Below, one piece after another: positions 53,897-64,000 of a stretch of DNA of 64,000 nucleotides. The stretch is from Owenia fusiformis (Eukaryota), in the NCBI GenBank assembly GCA_903813345.2, contig CAIIXF020000001.1, positions 17,918,001-17,982,000 of the forward strand, given 5' to 3'. The position numbers and the translations under genes are program-made. The notes below the pieces were generated by a model. It made no database searches. It worked only from the letters and a program-made list of their open reading frames with translations, and was not told the origin of the DNA. Positions within the stretch are counted from its first letter, which is position 1. The number at the start of each line of letters is the position of its first letter.

Positions 53897-56800
53897 ATTC
53901 ATATTAATTTAATTGGAGGTCTCAATTTATGATGACCTTCACAACACATCAACAAGACAAATTTGCTGAAACTTATGGTGAAGTTCAACTTTATAAAAAA
54001 GCACTGAAAACTTACAGAATAAATATATGACTGAAACACCCCTAGGGGTAAATTTGATGGTGCCGTCACGTGATATCCAGCTATCGGGTTGCAATATATG
54101 TCGCCCACCCCGAGATTACGTTTATCTTATATCCTCTTTTTATAACTGGCCTAAGGATGATATACATCTACTTAAATTGCTGGAAAAACACATGGCCATA
54201 ATCAGTGTAGGAGCATGCAGCTTCTTAAATGCTAAAAGGGAGCCACCTCAAAACATGTTGATGTCCTTCGGTACTGTACTTGCAATCCTGATAGAATATA
54301 TGATTTTTAAATACAAAATGATTTGTTATGATTAAGTTAGATTTGCTCAATGCATATTATACACATGTCTCATGAAACAATAATTTAGGATGTGAAATAG
54401 CACCAGTGATCACTATTCAATACCATTGAATAATTGAATAGATGATCACTCGTATTTTTCACATTTTTATTAGGTACTTATTTTTTAGAGACACCGACAT
54501 TTGTCTTTGTTTTAAACATTGAACGGTGGAACTGCTTCCTTGTTATATAATTTGCACATTTCCTTTTTACGAGTTTTGCAATATTTTCGAATTTGTTACT
54601 GACAATTTTAATTAGTCGTTCATTCCTTATTAAACAGTTTTTGTTTCTTTCAGCAGGCTTTGGTTATTTGTTTTTACAAAATATTTAGTACTCCAGAAGT
54701 GTTAAAAGGGCCTCGAAAGTCGAATGAGCAATATCAATATGTTTTTTAAACCAGTTCTTCATTTAAGATTGTATTACCATTCTGAATTCTTATGCTAAGA
54801 ATACTTTTTTCTCGTCAGACTTTGTTTTTTCAAAGTCAAATGAGTAAAACTGTTACACAGTGTGACTGGTTCAATGATATTGCATATGGTGTAAACATAT
54901 TATTGAAGGAACATAGAATGATTTGGAGGGGAAACCTAAGAGTTTTTATTGTTGTTTAACCATCAGGTTAATATACTTTATAGTACGTATGATGGTTACA
55001 AAAATATGTTCAAATCGATGGGCGATCATTTAAATTTTTGTTTTCATTCTAACACCAACAAACAATGCCTCAGACGTAGACATTAGTTATGTATATTACG
55101 TCGATTTGGTTTAAAGTTTATATAAATCATTCTATGTTGATGCAACAGAATAATGTGGAAATGGTGCTTGAAACTGAATGGAAACAGTTTTCATATATTA
55201 TATACGTGTGTTTCATATGTTCTTTTTTGTAGACCAAGGTTTATCTTGCCAAGTTCTTAATATGTAAATCAGAGTTTTGAAAATTTAAAGACCATGTGTA
55301 AAGTTTAAAAACATGCTTCTTTATTCAAATATTTTTTTTAAGATTTCAAAGCTTACCCCGAATAAATTGAAATGAAAAAGCAAATTTGGCCCTTTTTTCA
55401 CAAAACCTCAAACACCCATCTGGTTCAATATAAACACTATTAACATTTTAATTTTATATTCACTTTTATAAGACTTTTACAGTTTTAACTTTACACTGGG
55501 TCTTTAGAAATTATATGTTGGTATAAACAAAACATGATTGTGTACAACAAAATCTATGTTTGGTCTGTATGTATATTAGCATTTTAGTTTAGACAATAAC
55601 ATTTCCTGACAATGCCAAAAATGCAATCGCAGATATGAATAGCGCCATGTGTGTCGATAAACTCAACTGTGCAATTATATATAAACAGGGGTTTGTAGCA
55701 TAGTATAAGTAATATGAAGTAAATGATTATGTAAATTATGAAAACAGATGTTGTGTTGACTTTGATATGTGAGGGTTAGGGTTAGACCTATAATCAATAT
55801 GGGCACATCGTAATTCCATTTCCATTTTTGATCTTTCAGAGTATTCCTTTTAAAATATTATTTTGTCGTGAAGTCTTTTTCTTTTTTATTGATTTCCTTC
55901 ACATTATTCCTTTCCTCAAACAAAATGACGGATTTGCCGCAACATCTTGTAAAACAATTACGCAAGTAAATGTAACTCTAACTCCAAGATTAGACACAAG
56001 GGACCAGTTGCCTGTCGCAAAATTACTTAAAGATATATTTGATATATGATTCTCACTCTATATTTTCTCGTCAACGTGACTCAACGATGATCCCCAAAGA
56101 ATGGATTTCAGCAACTTAACAAAAGTTATGTTCCAGGAACTATGAAACAAACATTCTCAAAATGTCAAACCTCTGAAAACTTACTTTCTCAAATGGCTAC
56201 ACGAGAAATTTCAAAATCCACAACATGAATGCCTGCAATTTTAAAAGGAATAAACCCGCTTATTTGTTGAGGAATATTGTTCTAAATTTTAATTTTTCAG
56301 AAAATGGGGTTATACCAAAGTCTTTTCATTGCAAGTTACATATTTATAAATATTCTTTAATTTGGGATGGTTCTAAGTATAACTTTTTTCTTTGGCTTTC
56401 ACTTGATATTACCGGCAAGTTCTAGAGTTATTAGATTAAGCATAATTCATGCCTCAATTTTATGTCTTCACTATTCAATTGATATGTAGTGTCAATTTAA
56501 AACAAAACTGGCAATGGCTTATTTGACCTTGATACTTGAGTTTTGATTTTTGACTCCCATATGGTTGAACTCCCGCTGACACCAGCATGCATCTTGCTTG
56601 ACCGAATTCTATATTTTCATATCTGAAAATTACATCTGACTGACATTTTTTAAATGGTTAGTCGTTTTTATGTTACTCACATGCCCTGGTTTTCTGATTT
56701 GCTCGTTTATAGGTCATTTGGCCATTATTCATGGACCGCAATTTGAATCTCAACTTGAAGTTTAAGAAAAAGCGGCCATTTTACATTTTGGAGAATATTT

Positions 56801-57606
56801 TTTGTCAAGTTATAGTTCAATGCTCATAATTCATCGAAGCCTATAAAAAACCATAACTCCTGATGAAAGCCATTTATTATTTTCTTGGTTTGCATACATT
56901 AGCAATATACCAGCGTTTTAATATCTATTTTTATTGTTTAATGAAAAAACAATGTTGTATAACATTTACTGTGCCTAATGAAAATAAAACAAAATGAATG
57001 GTGAAAGTGAACTATGGCGATAGTCATTTCTCTAATCCAAAGTTGATGAACGACGCTACATCACCAACGTTACAGAGAGAGAAAAATGATTGTATTAAAG
57101 AATACATTCATTAAACGATTCAGTTTTATTATCTCTCTAAGATTTACAGGATGATTTCTATGCAAAGTTTATCAATCATCCTAAGTTATGAGCTTGCACT
57201 GATTAGTCATCTTGCCGCTTGATTATCTATTCATATTCCATAATATTACGTTCTTTTATCTTCTTTGTCAATGAAGTGTAATTGTAAATGTCGATATTTA
57301 TTGCGGCATTGTTACCGGTCACTACAAATGAGCAGCGCCCCCGTTAATAGCTTATCGTTAAGGCAGGATCGGATCTAGCAACGATAAATAGTAGTAGTAA
57401 CAATCATTGTTTCACTTTAAGATTATTTTGGGCTTATTTTATTCCTTGTCATGTATTTTTTCTAAAAATCACCAAAGTGTATACATTTTTTGAAAAAAAT
57501 AACGATTTTTTATAATTTGGAAAATTAAATACTTTTCCCCATTTTTGAACTTTGAAACATAAACAACTTCAACGTTATGACAAACGTGGATAGTAAGGAA
57601 TGTATT

Positions 57607-57859
57607 CACTGTTCCACAAATAGATACTTTGACGGGGTCAATGTAACAAAATGGATGAACTTCCTGGTTACGATTTTTTTGTTTTCTCGATTTAAACCTA
57701 CTTATAAGTCAAGCTGCAGATTATATCTTGGCACAAAGCTAGAAAATATAGTCTAGTTTTAATAAGTTTAAATCGAGAGAACAAAAAATCTCGTATCCAG
57801 GAAGTTCATCCATTTTGTTACATTGACGTTCCGTCAAAGTAACTAGTTGTGGAACAGTG
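57607..57859. mobile_element. 253-bp MITE, ~95-bp TIRs, CACTG...CAGTG ends, 5-bp TSD GTATT; Transib-like
   Basis: gtatt|cactgttccacaaatagatactttgacgg..tcaatgtaacaaaatggatgaacttcctgg ... ccaggaagttcatccattttgttacattgac..ccgtcaaagtaactagttgtggaacagtg|gtatt. Confidence 0.85.
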
Positions 57860-57978
57860 GTATTGCTAGGTAATATGTACACATTCCTTGCATTAATCAC
57901 TCCTTATAGAACTGATTCTGCCTCTAGAACCGTATCAGTATACTATACTTTACATGTACTAATACGTATATGGTATAT

Positions 57979-58528
57979 CAGGGTGAGCCAATAAAGGTGA
58001 CCAAAACAAATGATAACAACTCAGTCATCCAGCATGTGTTTACCTTAAATGATCATTGTTCAATGTTCTTTCATTTTAAAAAGTTCCACTGATCTTTTCC
58101 AAATAGTCATGATTGTGTGGCCATTTTACAAAACGTGCATGTGCCAAAATCACCCAATATGAACCCCTAGAATTTCATCTCTGGGGCTATTCAAAGAAAA
58201 TGTCTACACTAACAACCCTAGGTGCATCTGAGAGTTGAAATAATAGCCTGGAAGGAAAGAGAGCTATTACACTAATCTCATTCTGTGAGTGTGAAGTCGG
58301 AACAACATAACCCGATGCGTCCTAGTTGCCTCCAGAGTAGAGTCCAGAGACGAGACCAGCATTTTGAGCATGTTTTGTAAAATGGCCACAAAATCGTATC
58401 CATTTAGAATAGACCAATGACATGAAAGAACATTGAACAAGGTTCAATTGTGCCAAATATGACGCCAAACCCATGCTGGATGACTGAGTTATGAACTTTT
58501 GTTTGGGTTACTTTTTTTACTCACTCTG
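57979..58528 (+). mobile_element. Internally deleted Tc1/mariner-family element with a relic of the transposase C-terminus
   Basis: TIRs cagggtgagcc...aactcagtcatccagcatg / catgctggatgactgagtt...tcactctg|TA. With two 1-nt frameshifts the interior (~58150-58380) reads SPNMNPLEFHLWGY.KENVYTNNP ... QHFEHVL*, matching the SPDLNP..F.LWG.LK and HFEH motifs. Confidence 0.8.
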
Positions 58529-59134
58529 TAGGATCAGGCTTTGGACTTTCTGTGTGAATTAGAGCCTTAAAACATACATCATTCTCACATTTGACCTTTG
58601 ATATGACCTTGTAAATGTTGCTAGGGAAGTTGATACAAGACTCAATGGAACTGTAGACGGAGTCAGGTGCTTACGATAGGAACAGAAAATGCGACAGAAA
58701 CATCGGGAAAATAGATCATCAACCAAATACTATAACAAGGCATACTTGATGTTTTTGGGTCCAATGCCTATCTGTCATCACAATGGCAGGCCTGTCGTTT
58801 ACACTTTACAGGGCCACACCCTGAATGTAACATACCTACTAGAACCTTTAGACAGTTCAGATTGGGGTGTGGATGCCCGTCACATAGACACATATTTCCA
58901 TGGACGCATTTACTAAACATTTCCGCCAACAAGCTGATGTGATGACGTATATATGGTGTGAACTAATATATTATATATATGATAACTACCCCAGCATGTT
59001 TCCAACATCTACTTTTTTGTTTTATAGCTCTTTTATGATCTTGATCGAAGTACTAAATGGGCATGCCATTTGTTCTTTCGCATTATTTTATAATCTATTA
59101 TGCTTAAAAATATAGTGGTCTAAAGATTGCTTAA

Positions 59135-59900
59135 AGTCCCCGTCTAAAGTTTGAAAATATATTTTTATCATTCATTTACTATTTGTCAGGACTTAAAAAG
59201 TGATTTTAGAGATTTTTGAACAAAAATTTTTTTTTGAAATTTCTTAATCATCAAATATTTCTTAATGCATTTCAAAAAAGATTATCTTTTTAACACCAAT
59301 GCAAATGTTGAACAAAGGACACACTATTTCAATAATAAAATGCCATATTTAATGGGCCACTTCAATGTTTTAGCATATCAAAAATATTTTGAAACATTAG
59401 TGATGTCACTAAGGTACCAAAAACTTTTTGAAAAAAATTGAAATTTTTTTTTCAATGTCAATCTTTTCTAAATATGTTAGACTTTCATAAAAAACCAATG
59501 TTGATTGTCTAACCAGGTTAAAAGGAAGAATAAATTATGTTTTAGATATCATTGTACCATTGGTTTCTATGAGAACTAAAATTTTGAAATGCATTTTTCT
59601 CAGAACCATTTTCATGCACTGATAAGTTCATTTCTCGCTTATTTATGAACTGATTTTCTTAATTTTTTCGGCAAAAAACACGGGAGGATGAATGCTATGC
59701 ATTGGTATGAATTGTGGCTAATTAGAAGATATGAGTGACCTCTCAAAGTTGGTTTTAAATAAATTCACAAATTTTGGAACAAAAAGTCTATCAAAAACCA
59801 CTTTTTGAAATTTAAAAAAAAAGTTTCACATATCACACTTTGATAACATTGGGTAAGACTACAATATAAGCCAAAGTGGTTTAAACTTTATATGGGGCCT
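59135..59900 (+). mobile_element. Non-autonomous Kolobok-like element (TTAA TSD), copy 2
   Basis: TTAA|agtccccgtctaaagttt ... aaactttatatggggcct|TTAA. Homologous to 1625-2324. Confidence 0.75.
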
Positions 59901-60181
59901 TTAAGGTGCAGTGGTACTTGGCAGGAAATGACAAAACAGGAAGTGACAAAAAATGTGGCACTTTTAGATATTTTTTTAACAAAGATAACAGAGTTCTGTT
60001 TTGACCTCCAGTCAATTCAAATAGTTCCACATATCATTTACAGGACCAGGATCACAATGTCCCTGGTCAGAATGACCCTAAACATGATAAAATAACTTTT
60101 TCAGCCCGTTGAAAATGTGACTGAATAATAGATAAAAGTAGCCCCTCTGGAAAGGTCACTGAACAGAATCTTTTGAATTTT

Positions 60182-62023
60182 AAAGCGAGCTATCAACGGA
60201 AATAACAGCCTTAAAAAATACAGCCGCGCCAGGCCTTGATGGGTTCAAGGCTGATATAATAAAATCTGTTGGTGCTTATCTCGTCAGGCCACTACTATAT
60301 ATCTTCAATCTCTCACTATCAACTGGAACATTTCCCAATCAATTAAAAGTAGGAAAAGTCACACCAATTTTCAAAAAGGGAGATACTCAGCTCTTTTCAA
60401 ATTACAGGCCCATTTCAGTGTTATCCGTATTTTCAAAATTACTCGAGAGATGCGTACACTCTCGCCTTGTAAGCTTTCTAAACAAATTTGAAATACTTTA
60501 TAAAAACCAATTTGGTTTCCAGAAGAAAAAGTCTACATACATGCCACTTCTAGCTTTTATTGAAAAGATAAGATGTGCAAATGAAAGCAAAATTCCTTCA
60601 CTAGGGATATCATTAGACTTCTCAAAAGCATTTGACACTATTGATCATAATATATTATTAGATAAACTCTCACACTACGGAATGCGCGGTGTTACCCTTT
60701 CCTGGTTTCAAAGTTACTTAACTCAACGTCTTCAGACTGTTATTTCTAATGGCTGTAAATCGAAACAAACCTCATTATCTCATGGTGTCCCTCAAGGTTC
60801 AGTGCTTGGTCCTATTTTATTTCTTCTTTACATAAATGACATCTACAAATCCTCTGATTTCTTTGAATTCATACTATTTGCTGATGATACCAATCTCTTG
60901 GCCTCTCACAAAGATTTACCCACTCTATTTGACACCGCAAATGAAGAACTTTCAAAGCTCAGTGACTGGATCAATGCCAATAAACTTTCTTTAAACATTG
61001 ACAAAACTAAATGGATTCTCTTTGGACCAGGTAAAACTTCTAACAATCATTTTCTCAAAATAAATGACACCAAACTCAAGCAAGACATCACTATATCTTT
61101 CTTAGGAATAGCTATTGATGCCAATTTAACTTTCAAAGAGCATATCAAAAACTTAGAAAAAAAGATTTCTCAGTGCATTGGGGTCTTGTATGGAGTCCAT
61201 AATCTTTTAACAAAAAGTGCTTTGCTCAGTATATACTACTCTCTTATTCACTCTCAACTCAATTACTGCAATATTATTTGGGGTAACAACTACAAATCTT
61301 ATCTTAATAAAATTCACATGATTCAAAAACGATTTGTTCGCATTGTTTTAGGAAAAAAATACCTTGATCATACAGCTCCATTATTCAAAGAACTTAATCT
61401 TCTGAATATATATGATATAAATAAGCTGAATACAGCAATTTTCATGTACCAAGTAAAAGATGGTGACCAAATACTAAATTCTCTACTCGATACAAATTTC
61501 CAAATAAACTGTGATACACATAGTTATAATACCCGCCAATGTGACAACTTCCATATTGAACATGCGAACAAATTTTCCATAAAACGGAATGGGCCTTCAC
61601 TATGGAATTCTCTTAAAAATTCCACAAAAATGTCAAAATCTATAACCTCCTTTAAAAAGGCCTACAAATCTGACCTCTTGTCAAGCTACTTATAAAAAGT
61701 CTTATTAAACATCTTTATTTACTATCCACGCATTGTATATTACAATAGTCATGGCACATCATTTAAACACAACGTACATACATGCTTAGTATATGCATTG
61801 TACTATGTTATATCATGTAAATACTTGTATATATGAAACTCATATACCTATATACCCTTGTAAACTAGTTAGACTATATATATATATTTTTTATATTTGC
61901 TAGTGATACTTTTTTTTTGATACTTGACATTATACTTTTATATGCCATTTGGTGTCAGTATTAGTCATGTATTATTATTGTATATACATTTTTTCTAAAT
62001 AAATAAATAAAAATAAAAATAAA
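60182..62023 (+). mobile_element. 5'-truncated non-LTR retrotransposon (CR1/L2 group) with (TAAA)n tail
   Basis: RT ORF, then a ~330-nt 3' UTR ending taaataaataaataaaaataaaaataaa. Probable short TSD aatttt. Confidence 0.9.
60184..61695 (+). CDS. LINE ORF2 fragment: reverse transcriptase and C-terminal domain, 503 codons without a stop, no native start
   Basis: Motifs APGLDG, PIFKKG..NYRPIS, LDFSKAFD, HGVPQGSVLGP, FADD, FLG, HSYNTR. The frame is open 234 nt upstream of the track's GTG start. Endonuclease domain absent. Confidence 0.92.
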   Translation, partial: SELSTEITALKNTAAPGLDGFKADIIKSVGAYLVRPLLYIFNLSLSTGTFPNQLKVGKVTPIFKKGDTQLFSNYRPISVLSVFSKLLERCVHSRLVSFLNKFEILYKNQFGFQKKKSTYMPLLAFIEKIRCANESKIPSLGISLDFSKAFDTIDHNILLDKLSHYGMRGVTLSWFQSYLTQRLQTVISNGCKSKQTSLSHGVPQGSVLGPILFLLYINDIYKSSDFFEFILFADDTNLLASHKDLPTLFDTANEELSKLSDWINANKLSLNIDKTKWILFGPGKTSNNHFLKINDTKLKQDITISFLGIAIDANLTFKEHIKNLEKKISQCIGVLYGVHNLLTKSALLSIYYSLIHSQLNYCNIIWGNNYKSYLNKIHMIQKRFVRIVLGKKYLDHTAPLFKELNLLNIYDINKLNTAIFMYQVKDGDQILNSLLDTNFQINCDTHSYNTRQCDNFHIEHANKFSIKRNGPSLWNSLKNSTKMSKSITSFKKAYKSDLLSSYL

Positions 62024-64000
62024 TTTTTCAGAAAATGTACCCAATATATTGTTCTAACTGATACAATCTTCGAAATTTTAGAAAATTGACTGAAACAAAA
62101 ATGGCGGTCATAAAAAGGAAAATAGATCGCCTCTTAATTCAGCTTATTCAGTTTTTTCCTTTTTCTACGAATGATATCACATTTTCAAAGATTGTATTAT
62201 TTAGAGCCATATATTGGGCACATTTTCAGAAAAATTCAAAAGATTCTGTTCAGTGACCTTTCCTAAGCTTCTACTTTTAGCTATTTTTCAGTCACATTTT
62301 CAGAGGGCTGAAAAAAATTTATTTCATCATGTCTAGGGTCATTCTGACCATGTACATTGTGATCCTTGTCCTGTAAATGATATGTGGAACTATTTGAATT
62401 GACTGGATGTCAAAACAGAACTCTGTTATCTTTGTTAAAAAAATATCTAAAAGTGCCACATTTTTTGTCACTTCCTGTTTTTGTCATTTCCTGTTAAGTG
62501 GGTGTATGTGTTTGAAAAGAGTTTTTTTATCACTATTTTATGTTATAAAGGAGTTTCATTCATTTGTTTATAACGAATTTCACCGACTGATCATTCCTCA
62601 AAAAGGTGTTTTGTGCTAGATGAGAAGACTCAAGATGCAAGACGATAACGACAACGTCATGGTGACAAATTGCATGTCAATATTTTTTCATTCGAATTAT
62701 AAAGGGTCAGTCAGCAATTCTGATCCACTCCGAAATCGCTTCATAATGATCCGTCCTTTCGATAGACTGATTTTCATATATAAATACGCAATTGATCACG
62801 TAACAAGTGAATTTTGTTTGCATTTTACAAATTAAAAAACATTTCAAGGTGGTTCATGATCAGGGCAGAGACTGCGAGCCTTACTTATTCCCCGTACACA
62901 GGGCTCCAAGTATCCACTTTTTTCCAGTTCCAGAACATGATATCTAGATCAGAGTCTTGAGTTTGCCCTTGTTGAACAAAGAAATAAGAGCGCTTGGATC
63001 ACTTTTCTATCTGAGGGATTTTGTTGGATCGGTTTGTTACTTTTAAGGTTATAGCACACAATTCTTGATCGGGATTGTCGTTTAAAGGGAATTGTTTTTT
63101 TTTTCAGACTTTTGCTGTACAACTGAATACGTTTGCCTTATCACCATTTTCATTCAACTGCTTCGATATATAGACTCATATGTCGGCAGAGTGTACCTGG
63201 ACCCATGCGATAAACCAAGTCCTAAGTTAGATTTTGTAGAGGTGTCTGAGTAGATGGCTATAGTAATCAATGTCCGTTATAAAACCTGACGTTTGTCTGT
63301 GATCTATTGACATTTGACATTTTAAAAGAATGCTAATAGCGAATTGTAATTTCTAATAACGGTACATTTGCATGAGTTTCTGCCATCTTACATTGGTACT
63401 GTGATTGTCCCAGAGCTCCCGCCTTATAACAATAACTATACTCATTGTACTTGATAACCCTGATCAGTCTGTGAAATACATGTATTCTTATTGAATATAT
63501 CATTTTTAGCTTTCCTAATTGTCCCATAACTCAAATAAAACGAGATTATACTCGGCGTAACATCCGGGTGGATATACTGTTGCAGCTATTCATACTGCAG
63601 TACACGTAATTGACGAGGACTATGGTGACCTTTGACAATCAAGGGAATTAAGAGGACAGTTAAGGACCCCGATTGCTGATTCAAAAAACATATTATGAAA
63701 ATACATCATGCCAAATGAAGTGGTTCCCCTTGTTTAGCAGCTGACATTGTTTATATGTGATCGTCCTCTCTGACCGATCGTAAACCATCACTAGCTCGAA
63801 TAACACAAGTTTGTATTGTTTTGTACGCAGTTACTTTCCCTGCTTCAGTGTCTATGTTCGAGTCCTCTTGACAACCCATTCTATATGTGAAGTACCTCAG
63901 ATCCAAGTAAACTGTTTATTGATTCTAGACAATGACATTTACCTTGCAATTAATATAAACAATAAAAACTTTAATTAAACCTGGGACTATTTAACTTTGG

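Larger units (their letters stand above)
59915..62500. mobile_element. Foldback DNA element (arms >300 bp) split by a LINE insertion
   Basis: 59915-60181 is the reverse complement of ~62231-62500 (caggaaatgacaaaacaggaagtgacaaaaaatgtggcacttttag...). The left arm resumes at ~62024 and pairs with ~62180-62230. Right end reads CACTT on the minus strand; possible 2-bp TSD GG. Confidence 0.85.

Overview
AT-rich animal (spiralian/lophotrochozoan-type) genomic DNA, not prokaryotic. The only host gene I can support is a spliced posterior Hox gene of the Post2 class on the + strand. Its main N-terminal coding exon (47660-48160) ends at a phase-1 GT donor. About 4.3 kb downstream lie TWO tandem homeobox exons (52443-52705 and 52794-53065). 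Each has its own AG acceptor in the correct phase, its own complete 60-aa Post2-type homeodomain and its own stop codon. The two homeodomains are 49/60 identical in protein but differ at most synonymous sites, which points to an old exon duplication kept by selection. One Hox locus could thus swap its DNA-binding domain by alternative splicing (predicted 251-aa and 254-aa isoforms from ATG 47668). This is the most interesting feature of the window, but it needs RNA evidence. The rest is non-coding and repeat-rich: many non-autonomous TIR/foldback elements (Tc1/mariner-, Kolobok-, Transib-like and hAT-like), several minisatellites, a decayed LINE fragment, and a young 5'-truncated CR1/L2-group LINE with an intact RT frame nested in a foldback element. 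Nearly all short ORFs in the supplied track look spurious. Coordinates were read by eye; repeat boundaries may be off by a few to tens of bases.
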